From positions 5,324-63,861 of the forward strand of contig NZ_CAXUJR010000006.1 in NCBI RefSeq assembly GCF_964251405.1: a stretch of 58,538 nucleotides of DNA, in the 5' to 3' direction. This stretch comes from an uncultured Methylobacterium sp. (GTDB lineage Bacteria; Pseudomonadota; Alphaproteobacteria; Rhizobiales; Beijerinckiaceae). Under the pieces are notes generated by a model that saw only the letters and a list, made by a program, of their open reading frames with translations, had not been told where the DNA came from and searched no databases. Position numbers and translations under genes: made by a program. Below are positions 8,386 through 18,065 of the stretch, one piece after another. How positions within the stretch are numbered: the first letter of the stretch is position 1; each line of letters opens with the position of its first letter.

Positions 8386-9879
8386 ATGTCGACAACCGTC
8401 CTCATCGTCGACGACGATCCCGTGCAGCGTCGCCTCGCGGAGGCCATGGTGCGCCGTCTCGGATTCGACGCGAAAGTGGCCGAGGGCGGCGAGCAGGCGC
8501 TCGAGATGCTCCGCGCAGGTGATTCGATCGACGTCCTCCTCCTCGACCTCGTCATGCCCGGCGGCCTCGACGGCCTCGGCGTCATGGCCGAGCTGCGCAA
8601 GGCCGGGATCGATACGCCGGTCATCGTGCAGACCGCCAACGGCTCGATCGATGCCGTCGTCACCGCCATGCGGGCGGGGGCCACCGATTTCGTCGTCAAG
8701 CCGGCCGGCGCCGAACGGCTCCAGGTCTCGATCAAGAACGCTCTGAAGGTCGACCAGCTCGAGGAGGAGGTGCGGCGCATGCGCCGGCGAGCCTCCGGCT
8801 CGTTGAGCTTCAAGGACCTCGCCTCGAAGAGCCCCGACATGGACCGGGTGACGCGGCTGGCCGAGCGCGCCGCGAAATCCAACATCCCCGTCCTCATCGA
8901 GGGCGAATCGGGAGTGGGCAAGGAGGTCCTCGCCCGCGCGATCCAGGGCTCCGGCGAGCGGCGCGGCAAGTCGTTCGTCACCGTCAATTGCGGGGCGATC
9001 CCCGACAACCTGGTCGAGTCGACTCTGTTCGGCCATGAGAAGGGCGCCTTCACGGGCGCCACCGAGCGCCATACCGGCAAGTTCGTCGAGGCCTCGGGCG
9101 GGACGCTGTTCCTCGACGAGATCGGCGAATTGCCCCTCGACGCCCAGGTGAAGCTTCTGCGCGCCCTGCAGGAGGGTGAGGTCGACCCCGTCGGTGCCAA
9201 GCGCAGCGTGCGTGTCGACATCCGCCTCATCTCGGCGACGAACCGCTCGCTCCTCGACCTCGTCAAGCAGGGGCGTTTTCGCGAGGACCTCTACTACCGG
9301 CTCAACGTCTTCCCGATGACCCTGCCTCCCCTGCGGGCGCGCCGCGAGGACATCCCGGATCTGGTGCGCTCGTTCTGCGCGCGCTTCGCCGCGGAAGAGG
9401 GCAAGCGGATCCGGTCCGTGACCCCGGAGGCGCTGGCGCTGCTGAGCCGCTATGGATGGCCCGGCAACGTCCGCCAGCTCGAGAACGCCCTGTTCCGCGC
9501 GGTCGTGCTCGCCGACAGCGATGAGCTCACCGTGGCCGAGTTCCCCCAGATCGCCGCGCAGGTCGAGGGTTTCGACGTCCGCATCCCGGCCGCTCCCCAT
9601 CAGCCGATGGTCCGTCCTGGGATGCCCGAGCCGGTGCGCGAGATCGTCCGGGTCGAGGTGCGCGATCCGCACGCCATGTCTCTCGTGCTCGACGAGACCG
9701 GCGAGATGAAGACCATGGACGTGATCGAGAGCGAGGCGATCCGCTTTGCGTTGCAATTCTATCGCGGTCGCATGTCGGAGGTGTCGCGCCGGCTCGGCAT
9801 CGGGCGTTCGACCCTGTATCGCAAGCTCAAGGACCTCGGCCTCGATGCCGAGGACAAGCAGGACGAGGCCGCGGCCTGA
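8386..9879 (+). CDS. Sigma-54-dependent response regulator (REC-AAA+-HTH), TacA-like
   Basis: Receiver (IVDDD, LLDLVMP), Walker A GESGVGKE, GAFTGA, FLDEIGE, C-terminal LGIGRSTLYRKL. Confidence 0.93.
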   Translation: MSTTVLIVDDDPVQRRLAEAMVRRLGFDAKVAEGGEQALEMLRAGDSIDVLLLDLVMPGGLDGLGVMAELRKAGIDTPVIVQTANGSIDAVVTAMRAGATDFVVKPAGAERLQVSIKNALKVDQLEEEVRRMRRRASGSLSFKDLASKSPDMDRVTRLAERAAKSNIPVLIEGESGVGKEVLARAIQGSGERRGKSFVTVNCGAIPDNLVESTLFGHEKGAFTGATERHTGKFVEASGGTLFLDEIGELPLDAQVKLLRALQEGEVDPVGAKRSVRVDIRLISATNRSLLDLVKQGRFREDLYYRLNVFPMTLPPLRARREDIPDLVRSFCARFAAEEGKRIRSVTPEALALLSRYGWPGNVRQLENALFRAVVLADSDELTVAEFPQIAAQVEGFDVRIPAAPHQPMVRPGMPEPVREIVRVEVRDPHAMSLVLDETGEMKTMDVIESEAIRFALQFYRGRMSEVSRRLGIGRSTLYRKLKDLGLDAEDKQDEAAA

Positions 9880-10003
9880 GCCGCGACCGAGCGCGCTTGG
9901 GACACCATCGATTGAGGTCCGTGCCGTTGCGCACGGCCGCGCTTGGTACGATGATCTTTAACCTGGGACGGGCCGGACGGCTCGTTGCCGAGGAGTTGCA
10001 ACC

Positions 10004-11986
10004 ATGAGCGCTGCCAATGGCGCTTCGCGCTCCGCCTCCGTCGCCCTGGCCACCGCTCTGGCGGCCTACGTCGGACATGCGGCCTTCACGGTGCCCGCCG
10101 CCTACGCACAGGCCGCGATCCCGGGCGAGGCGTCGAGCGCTGCGATCCAGCTAGCGGACCCTGTCCCGGCCGAGATCGACGAAGAGGCGGCGGGCATGCA
10201 GTCCAAGTCGGACGTTGCCAAGCCGAACGTTGCCAAGCCGGACGTTGCCAGCGAGACGGCGGGCGCGGCTCAGGCGACCGCGCCCCTTGCTCCGCCATCC
10301 GATCCGCTCGGCGCGGCCGTCGCCGCGCGGCTGACCGATCCGGCCCCGCTTCTCGCGAGGCTGACCACGAAGGATCGCGAGGCGATGCAGGCCTTCTACG
10401 CGCTCGGCGCGTTCAAGCCCGTCTGGATCGTCGAGGGCGCGTTCACCCCTGCGGCGAAGGCCGTGATCGCGCGCCTGGCGCAGGCCGGCGAGGACGGGCT
10501 CGATCCCTCGGCCTATCCGGTCCCCGTCCTGGGCACTGCCAAGCTGACCGACGCCGAGGTCGCCCAGGCCGACCTGAAGCTCTCCTCGGCCGTGGCCCTC
10601 TATGCGCGCGACGCCCGCGGCGGTCGCATCAATCTCGCGGGGCTGTCGCGCCTCGTCACCCCGACCCTCGATCTGCCCGGGGCGGACGCCGTACTCGGGC
10701 GCCTCGCGTCCGGTGGTCCGGAAGCCGGGGGTCTCCTGCAGCGCTTCAATCCCGACCAACCCGGCTACCGCGCCCTCAAGGCCCGCCTCGCCACGATCCG
10801 CGACCGCAGCCAGCCGGCTTCCGCGACCCTGAACCTGCCGGCCGGTCCGGTGCTGAAGCTCGGCATGCGCGATCCTCGGGTGCCGCTGATCCGGAACCAT
10901 TTCGACCTCGAGACCCGTTCCGCCGGAACGCTTGATGCGTCGCCCGGCGAGCCCGAGGCCTACGACCAGGGCGTCGCCGCCGCAGTCATCGCATTCCAGA
11001 AGAAGCGCGGCCTGGCGCCGACCGGCACGCTCACCGCGCAGACGGTCGTGGCACTGGCCATGCCCGCGGTCGCGCCCCGCGGCAGTGCCGACGAGGCCGC
11101 GCTGATCGTGAACATGGAGCGCTGGCGCTGGCTGCCCTCGGAGCTCGGGCCGGACTACGTCATGGTCAACATCCCCGAGTTCCGGCTGCGGGTGGTCCGG
11201 GACGGGCGCTCGCGCGACGAGGCGCGAGTGATCGTGGGCAAGACCGAGTCGCCGACCCCGATCTTCTCCGGCCTGATGGAATACGCGGTCGTCAATCCGT
11301 CGTGGAACGTCCCGCCCTCGATCCTGAAGAACGAGTTCCTACCCGCGCTCGCCCGCGATCCGGGCTACGCCGCCAGGCGGGGCTATCAGGTCTCGTACAA
11401 CGGCAAGACCGTTTCGGTCCGCCAGCCGCCGGGCGAGCGCAATGCGCTCGGCTTCATCAAGTTCATGTTTCCTAACAACCATGCGGTCTACCTGCACGAC
11501 ACGCCGAACCGGTCGTTGTTCTCGGCGTCCCACCGCGCGTTGAGCCATGGCTGCGTGCGGGTCGACGACCCCTTCCGCTTCGCCGATTCCGTCCTGCCGA
11601 CCGAATGGTCGAGCGAGCGTCTGAAGAAGCTCATCGGGAAAGGTGAGCGCACGGTCCGCTTGTCCCAGAAGCTCCCGGTCCACCTCGCCTATTTCACGGC
11701 CGTCCTGGACGAAGGCGGAGCCTACCGGACGTTCCCCGACCTGTATGGATACGACGCCCGGATGAGGACCGCCCTTGGTCTCGGCTCCACCGGGGGAGCG
11801 ATGGTGAGCGTCTCCGCGGAACCTCAGAGACGTGCGAGCCAGGTCGTCAGGCCGCCGGCCGGTCCTCCTGCGGCCCGGCGTCCGAACGCGGCGTCCGTAA
11901 GGGTCGATGCCGATCGGGCACCCTCGGATTTCGGCGAGCCAGGCCTCTGGACGCCCTCCCCGTCCCGACCTCGTGCTTGGTGGTGA
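10004..11986 (+). CDS. Murein L,D-transpeptidase (YcbB/LdtD-like; scaffold + PG-binding + YkuD)
   Basis: NMERWRW, VNIPEF, NPSWNVP, NALGFIKFMFPN, YLHDTP...SHGCVRV catalytic motif; signal-like N-terminus. Confidence 0.92.
   Translation: MSAANGASRSASVALATALAAYVGHAAFTVPAAYAQAAIPGEASSAAIQLADPVPAEIDEEAAGMQSKSDVAKPNVAKPDVASETAGAAQATAPLAPPSDPLGAAVAARLTDPAPLLARLTTKDREAMQAFYALGAFKPVWIVEGAFTPAAKAVIARLAQAGEDGLDPSAYPVPVLGTAKLTDAEVAQADLKLSSAVALYARDARGGRINLAGLSRLVTPTLDLPGADAVLGRLASGGPEAGGLLQRFNPDQPGYRALKARLATIRDRSQPASATLNLPAGPVLKLGMRDPRVPLIRNHFDLETRSAGTLDASPGEPEAYDQGVAAAVIAFQKKRGLAPTGTLTAQTVVALAMPAVAPRGSADEAALIVNMERWRWLPSELGPDYVMVNIPEFRLRVVRDGRSRDEARVIVGKTESPTPIFSGLMEYAVVNPSWNVPPSILKNEFLPALARDPGYAARRGYQVSYNGKTVSVRQPPGERNALGFIKFMFPNNHAVYLHDTPNRSLFSASHRALSHGCVRVDDPFRFADSVLPTEWSSERLKKLIGKGERTVRLSQKLPVHLAYFTAVLDEGGAYRTFPDLYGYDARMRTALGLGSTGGAMVSVSAEPQRRASQVVRPPAGPPAARRPNAASVRVDADRAPSDFGEPGLWTPSPSRPRAWW
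10203..10250 (+). repeat. In-frame 15-nt tandem repeat (about 3 units, K[S/P][D/N]VA)
   Basis: ccaagtcggacgttg ccaagccgaacgttg ccaagccggacgttg cca. Confidence 0.75.
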
Positions 11987-12651
11987 GCGTTCGCGCCGGG
12001 GAGGCGTCCTTCGCACCGCGACGATAACCGCCGTGCGAACGCTCCCGCGTCGCGATCCTTCCTGGGGCGTGTCCGGAGTCTGAGACCTCGCGCGGGTTCG
12101 ATGCAGGCCGCTCTGGGCGTCGTCCCGCCGTGCGAAATGCCGTTGCGGTTGGCCTTGGCCGACGATTCACTCGGCTCCCGGATCACTTGGCTCCGGGACA
12201 AGAGATGGACCGGCCGGTCGGGTGGCGACCCAGCATCGCGCGTCAAATCACCATTAAGGGGTGTGTGCCTACGCACTGCGAACACTTGTCGGGACTGCAA
12301 GAACGAATAAGTCGTAAAGACCAAAAAAGATTCTGGAACTTATCGCCGCCGTCCCCATTATTCACCACAGTCGTGTTTGCGTCCCTCTCCGCACAGTTTT
12401 TCGTGGCCCCTGGCCCGGTGACCGTCATGCCCGTTTTCGACGCAAAAAATCTCGGCTCCGACAAGAGCGGCTTCGCACTCCTTGCGGCCATTCTCCATCC
12501 GACGCGCGAGGCTCAGACCCGCGCCTTGACTCATGGCCGTTGCAGGGCCGAGCGCTCGGCCACCATGGCAGATCCCCTCACGATGGAAAGCCGGTTTCCT
12601 CAACGGCCAGCCGAGATCGAGTCCGCCGTTCCGAACCAGTGATCGTCGGCG

Positions 12652-13524
12652 CTACCAGTCCTGAGGCGTGATGAGTCCGTCCTTGGTGACGACGACCCAC
12701 ATCCGGCCGCGGCGTTCGATCGATTCCGCCCGGCCTACGCCTGGGACCAGGTCCCCCCGGGCGACCTCCACGAGGCGTCGCTTGCGATCCTCCAGCACCG
12801 CGATTCCGTCATAGACCTCACGGACTGCCCAGTTCGCGATGGCGGCTGGTTTTTGTTTCACGTCCGCCGCTGCTTTCGCCTCGGCGATGGAGCCAGTCTG
12901 GACGGGATCCGGAAGGGCCGGTTTCGCGGCCTGCGGCGCGGACGCCGGTGGGACGATGGCTTGCGGCGCGGTCCGCTTCTCGATCAGTGTCGCCAGGGAC
13001 GATAGGCGGGCCACCTGCTCGCGATCCGCTACGTCCTGCTTTTCTGCGAATGCGACGAGCTTCGTGGCCAGCGTCTGCTCCATCCGCGTCACGCGCTGGG
13101 TAAGTTCGGTGCGGGTGGCCTTGGCGTCCTCGGCGATCCTTTCGCCCGATTTGACGATGGTCCCGGTCAAGCGCCCGATCTCTCCCGAGATACGCGCCGT
13201 CTCGGCCCGCCCGGCATCCACATCGGCTTTGAGCTGCGAGAGCGTGGACGTGGCCATGTCGCTGCCCGACATGATCAGACCGGCGCTCCCGGCTCCGATG
13301 ACCAGACCGAGGCTGAGTGCGGCGCCCCCGACGATCGCCGCGCGGGCATCGACGGCGCCGAGCAGCTTGCGCCGCAGGGCGCTCACCGGTTTCGCGTCCG
13401 AAGGCGCTTTCTCCGATCCGGAATTGGAGGACCCGGAGACCGCCTGCTTCAGCAAGTCGGCCGCCGAAAGGGCGGCATCCTTGGAGCCGGACGGGGGCCG
13501 TGCCGCAGCGATGATGTCCGTCAT
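12652..13524 (-). CDS. Hypothetical membrane-anchored coiled-coil protein
   Basis: One TM, helical stalk, Pro/Ala linker, C-terminal WAVREVYDGIAVLE...GDLVPGVGRAESIERRG..WVVVTKDGLI beta domain; normal codon bias. Confidence 0.75.
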   Translation of the reverse strand: MTDIIAAARPPSGSKDAALSAADLLKQAVSGSSNSGSEKAPSDAKPVSALRRKLLGAVDARAAIVGGAALSLGLVIGAGSAGLIMSGSDMATSTLSQLKADVDAGRAETARISGEIGRLTGTIVKSGERIAEDAKATRTELTQRVTRMEQTLATKLVAFAEKQDVADREQVARLSSLATLIEKRTAPQAIVPPASAPQAAKPALPDPVQTGSIAEAKAAADVKQKPAAIANWAVREVYDGIAVLEDRKRRLVEVARGDLVPGVGRAESIERRGRMWVVVTKDGLITPQDW

Positions 13525-13591
13525 GACCGTTGGTCCCGATAATCCAGGCCACGATCGTTAAGGACGTTTCTTTACCGAAGGGTTACCATGA

Positions 13592-15661
13592 TCAGGCTGC
13601 GAGCCCCCGCTTGCGGAGCAGCGGGTCGATGCTCGGAAGCCGTCCTCGGAACGCTGTGTAGGCCTCCTTCGGGTCGCGCAGATTACCGGCCCCGTAGACG
13701 TAGGTGCGCAGCCGCGACGCGGTCTCGGGATGGAAGATGTCGCCGGCCTCGCGGAAGGCATCGAAGGCATCGGCGTCGAGCACCTCCGACCACAGGTAGC
13801 TGTAATAGCCGGCCGCATAGCCGTCCCCGGAGAAGATGTGCGCGAAATGCGGGCTCCGGTGCCGCATCGAGATCTCCGCCGGCATGGCGATGCGCTCCAG
13901 GGCGTCCGCCTCGAAAGCGAGCACGTCGAGCCCGTCCTCGCCCGCGCTCGACAGGTGCAGCGTCATGTCGACGATCGCCGAGGCCGTGTACTCCACGGTG
14001 GAGAAGCCCTGGTTGAACGTACGGGCTGCGAGCAGGCGCTTGAGCAGATCCTCGGGCATCGGCTCGCCCGTGAGGTAGTGCCGGGCGTGCTCGCGCAGGA
14101 CCTGCGGTTGCTCGAACCAGTGCTCGTAGAGCTGCGAGGGCAGTTCCACGAAATCGCCGGGTACGGCAGTGCCGGCGAGCATCGGGTAGGTCACGTCGGA
14201 GAGGAGCCCGTGCAGGGCATGGCCGAACTCGTGGAACAGTGTGCGGGCATCGTCGAAGGACAGGAGCGTCGGCTCACCGACGGGTGCCTTGGCGAAATTC
14301 ATCACGTTGACGATGATCGGCTTCACGTCGGCGGTGAGGCGTTCCTGCGAGCGGAAGGCGCTCATCCAGGCGCCGCTGCGCTTCGAGGCGCGTGCGAAGT
14401 AATCGCCGATGAAGACGCCGACCTGCGATCCGTCGGCGTTCTGCACGCTCCAGGCGCGGATGTCGGGATGGTAGCGCGGAAAATCCTCCAACTCCTCGAA
14501 CCTCAGCCCGAACAGCTTTGAGGCGGTGTCGAAGGCGGCGGCGATGACACCGTCGAGCGACAGGTACGGCTTGATCTCGCCCTCGTCGAGGTCGTGCTCG
14601 GCCCGTCGCAGCTTCTCCGCGTAGTGGCGCCAATCGTGCCGGGCCAGTGCGAAGTTTCCGCCTTCCGCCTGGACCAGGGCTTGGAGCCGGTCGCGCTCGG
14701 CGGCGGCGCGGCGGTGGGCGGGCGTCCAGACGTTGCGCAGCAGATCCATCGCCGCGTCGGGCGTCGCCGCCATGGTGTCGGCGAGCTTGAAATGCGCGAA
14801 GCTCTCGAAGCCGAGGAGCCGCGCCCGTTCGGCCCGCAGGGCGACGATTTCGGCGATGACCGTGCGGTTGTCGTGATCGCCCCCATTCTCGCCGCGGCGG
14901 ATCCAGGCTTCGTAGGCCCGTTCGCGCAGATCGCGGCGGGTCGAGAAGACGAGGAACGGCTCGATCAGCGAGCGCGACAGGGTAATGACGTGGCCGTGCT
15001 CGCCGCCGCGCTCCTTGGCGGCACTGGCGGCGGCCGAGCGCAGGAAGTCCGGCAGACCGGCGAGGTCGTCCTCGCCGTCGAGCGGGAGGGCAAAGCCGCT
15101 CTCGTCGGCGAGCAGGTTCTGGCTGAAGCGCGTGCCGAGTTCGGCCATGCGCACGCTGATCTCCGCCATCCTGGCCTTGGCCTCCGGTGCAAGGTCGGCG
15201 CCGGCCCGGCGGAAGCGGATGCGGTAGCGGTCGAGCACGCGACGCTCTTCGCCGCCCAGGCCCTCGGCCTCGGCGTCCACGGCCGAGATCCGAGCCCAAA
15301 GGTCGGGGTTGAGGTAGATCGCGCTGCCGTGACGGGCGAGCCGGGGCGTGATCGCGCGCTCGACCGCCTGCAGATCCGGATTGGTGTGGCTGCCGCTGAG
15401 ATTGAAGAACACGGACGCGACGCGGTCGAGGTCCTGGCCGGCCCGCTCCATCGCCGCCACCGTGTTGGCGAAGCAAGGCGCCTCCGTGTCGCCCGCAATG
15501 GCCGCGATCTCGCCGTCATGCGTGTCGAGCGCCTGCTCGAAGGCCGGGAGGAAATGCGCGGGCGCGATCCGCTCAAAGGGAGGCAGGCCGTAGGGCGTAT
15601 CCCAAGTGGTCTCCGCAAAGGGGCCGGTCGCCGTTTCGGAACGGGTGGTGCTCGTGGTCAT
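13592..15661 (-). CDS. dcp: M3 family metallopeptidase (peptidyl-dipeptidase Dcp-like)
   Basis: TPYGLPPF, KRSGAWM, TLFHEFGHALHGLLS, DFVELPSQLYEHW, GYAAGYYSYLWSEVLDAD; start moved to ATG 15661. Confidence 0.88.
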   Translation of the reverse strand: MTTSTTRSETATGPFAETTWDTPYGLPPFERIAPAHFLPAFEQALDTHDGEIAAIAGDTEAPCFANTVAAMERAGQDLDRVASVFFNLSGSHTNPDLQAVERAITPRLARHGSAIYLNPDLWARISAVDAEAEGLGGEERRVLDRYRIRFRRAGADLAPEAKARMAEISVRMAELGTRFSQNLLADESGFALPLDGEDDLAGLPDFLRSAAASAAKERGGEHGHVITLSRSLIEPFLVFSTRRDLRERAYEAWIRRGENGGDHDNRTVIAEIVALRAERARLLGFESFAHFKLADTMAATPDAAMDLLRNVWTPAHRRAAAERDRLQALVQAEGGNFALARHDWRHYAEKLRRAEHDLDEGEIKPYLSLDGVIAAAFDTASKLFGLRFEELEDFPRYHPDIRAWSVQNADGSQVGVFIGDYFARASKRSGAWMSAFRSQERLTADVKPIIVNVMNFAKAPVGEPTLLSFDDARTLFHEFGHALHGLLSDVTYPMLAGTAVPGDFVELPSQLYEHWFEQPQVLREHARHYLTGEPMPEDLLKRLLAARTFNQGFSTVEYTASAIVDMTLHLSSAGEDGLDVLAFEADALERIAMPAEISMRHRSPHFAHIFSGDGYAAGYYSYLWSEVLDADAFDAFREAGDIFHPETASRLRTYVYGAGNLRDPKEAYTAFRGRLPSIDPLLRKRGLAA

Positions 15662-15793
15662 TGTCGTCCTTGCTGGGTCGTTCGTTGCGCGGATGGTAGA
15701 GGGCACCGGAGGCCTAAGCAAAGCGATCCTCACGACGCAGGCCGTTCGACGCCGGCGCTTCAAGACCAGTGATGCCGGGAGCACCAGGGCGCC

Positions 15794-16687
15794 ATGTCTT
15801 CCCAACGACCGCCCGTCGCCGCCCGGCGTCCCGACCGCCTTCCCGAACGACTTGCCCAGCTGCTGATGGCCGTCCTGCCGGCGCTCGCCCTGCTTTCGCC
15901 GTCGCTGCTCCTGGCGCAGGACAAGCCCTCCCTTCCGCCCGCCGGCCTGCCGACGCCTCCGGCCCGGCCGGTGGAACTGACGCCGGCTCAGGGGCCGTCA
16001 CCTGCTGTCGCTGCGCCTGCTCCGACTCCTCCTGAACGACCGACGGAGCTTGCGCCATCGCCCTCTCCTCCCCCGGCCGCCGAGATGCCGTCGCCGCCGC
16101 AACGTCCCCCGGAACTCAGCGGTGAGGCAATCCTCGCCCTCAAGGTGCAACCGCCCGACGACACAGCGTGCCGGGGGCGGCTCACGAGCCTCGGTGCGAC
16201 GTTCGAGGCGCTGCCACCCATCGTCCTCGGCCAGTGCGGAGCCGAGAGACCCCTGAAGCTCTCCAGCCTCAAGGGCGTCGCCATCGAGCCAGCGGCGACG
16301 GTCGTGTGCGGCGCAGCCGAGGCCTTGGCCCGCTGGACGACGGAGGTTCAGTTCGCGTCCGAGCGGGACCTCGGGCAACCGCTCACCAGCCTGTCGGTGG
16401 GAAGCTACGAGTGCCGCGGCCAGAACCACAGCACCGATGCCAAGCTCAGCGAGCATGCACTCGCCAATGCCATTGACGTGATGGGCTATGGCTTTTCCAA
16501 CCGCGCGCCGATCCGCGTCGGCGCCTCTGCGGCGGGAACGCCGGAGGCGTCGTTCCAGGCAGTGGTGCAGGCCAAGGCCTGCGGCTTCTTCCGAACGGTC
16601 CTCGGCCCCGGCTCGGACGCCGCCCATGCGAACCATCTCCATCTCGACGAGCGCGAGCGGAATGCCGGGCATCGCCTCTGCCAATAG
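15794..16687 (+). CDS. Extensin-like family protein
   Basis: Signal peptide, Pro-rich segment, SYECR...LSEHALANAIDV...VLGPGSDAAHANHLHLD; start may be 15866. Confidence 0.85.
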   Translation: MSSQRPPVAARRPDRLPERLAQLLMAVLPALALLSPSLLLAQDKPSLPPAGLPTPPARPVELTPAQGPSPAVAAPAPTPPERPTELAPSPSPPPAAEMPSPPQRPPELSGEAILALKVQPPDDTACRGRLTSLGATFEALPPIVLGQCGAERPLKLSSLKGVAIEPAATVVCGAAEALARWTTEVQFASERDLGQPLTSLSVGSYECRGQNHSTDAKLSEHALANAIDVMGYGFSNRAPIRVGASAAGTPEASFQAVVQAKACGFFRTVLGPGSDAAHANHLHLDERERNAGHRLCQ

Positions 16688-16808
16688 GGACCGAACCTCG
16701 CAGGGATATTGACCGTGGCCGGACATGGAACACCGGACGGCGTCGCGCCTTGATGGCTCGGGCGCCGCGATGATCTTTGCGGTTGCATTCCGTGGGAGCG
16801 AATCGGTG

Positions 16809-18050
16809 ATGGGCAGGTCTGGGGTACGTGCGTTGGTGGTCCTTCTGGCCTTGGCCGCCGCATGCGGACCCGGCCTGGCCGAGGGACGCAAGGCGAAGGC
16901 CGGCAAGGAGGAGGCGAAGGAGAGCGTGGCGGCGAAGGCGCCCCTGACTCGGGACGCGGTCAACGCCGCGACCTTCGGGCCTTCGGCGGCCGGCGAGACC
17001 AAGCAATCCGCGAAATCCAAATCCGCGCAATCCAAGACGTCCAAGGCCAATGGGAAAAGGCCGGATGCTCTCCTGCTCAAAGCCCAGGTGCTGCTCGGCC
17101 GGATGCATTTCTCGCCCGGTGCGATCGACGGGCGCGACGGCGAAAATTTTCGCGGTGCGCTCTCGGCCTTCGCGGTGGCGCAGGGGCTGCCGGCGACCAC
17201 GGCCCTGAACCAGGAGGTTTTCGACAGGCTCCAGGCCTCCGGCATCGATCCGGTCATCGTCGACTACACCATCACGAAGGCCGATACCGCGGGGCCGTTC
17301 GTCGAGAAGATCCCGGCCAAGATGGAGGAACAGGCCTCGCTCGAAGCGATGGGCTACACCGATGTGCGCGAGATGCTCGCCGAGCGCTTCCACATGTCCC
17401 GCGACCTGCTCGGCGCCCTCAATCCCGACGCCGCCTTCGACAAGCCGGGCACCGTGATCGCAGTCGCGGCGGTGCCGGCAATGGAGCGCGGCAAGCCCAA
17501 GGCCGAGGCGAAGGCTCGGGCCAAGGGGAAGGCCAAGGACGGTGACAAGGAAGAGGCCAGGAAGGACGACGCCAAGAAGGACGAGAACAAAGGCGACGGC
17601 AAGGTCGAGACCAAGAGCGACGATACCCCAAAGAAGGTGACCCGCATCGAGGTCGACAAATCCTCGCGGCAGGTCCGCGCCTTCGATAGCGAAGGCAAAC
17701 TGCGCGCCTTCTATCCGGCCTCGATCGGAAGCGAGGAGAAGCCCGCTCCCTCCGGCAGTGCCAAGGTCGAAGCCGTGGCCTACGAGCCGACCTACACCTA
17801 CGACCCGAAATATGCCTTCAAAGGCGTGAAGGCGAAAGAGAAGTTCACGCTCAAGCCCGGCCCCAACAACCCGGTCGGCCTCGTCTGGATCGACCTCTCG
17901 ATCCCCTCCTACGGGATCCACGGCACGCCCGAGCCCGAGAAGGTCGGCAAGACCGAATCGCATGGCTGTATCCGGCTCACCAACTGGGATGCCCGCGAAC
18001 TGGCAGGATCCCTCGAGCGTGGCGCGACGGTCGAGTTCAAGGATGAATGA
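16809..18050 (+). CDS. L,D-transpeptidase family protein with PG-binding domain
   Basis: FSPGAIDG, GPNNPVGLVWIDL, YGIHGTPEP...SHGCIRLTNWD; Lys-rich linker. Confidence 0.9.
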   Translation: MGRSGVRALVVLLALAAACGPGLAEGRKAKAGKEEAKESVAAKAPLTRDAVNAATFGPSAAGETKQSAKSKSAQSKTSKANGKRPDALLLKAQVLLGRMHFSPGAIDGRDGENFRGALSAFAVAQGLPATTALNQEVFDRLQASGIDPVIVDYTITKADTAGPFVEKIPAKMEEQASLEAMGYTDVREMLAERFHMSRDLLGALNPDAAFDKPGTVIAVAAVPAMERGKPKAEAKARAKGKAKDGDKEEARKDDAKKDENKGDGKVETKSDDTPKKVTRIEVDKSSRQVRAFDSEGKLRAFYPASIGSEEKPAPSGSAKVEAVAYEPTYTYDPKYAFKGVKAKEKFTLKPGPNNPVGLVWIDLSIPSYGIHGTPEPEKVGKTESHGCIRLTNWDARELAGSLERGATVEFKDE

Positions 18051-18065
18051 CGGACCCAGCGCGCC

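Noticed and set aside
16727-16751. GGAAC-N16-CCTT as an EcfG promoter for the second L,D-transpeptidase
   Set aside because: The -10 element mismatches at a conserved position; too weak to call alone
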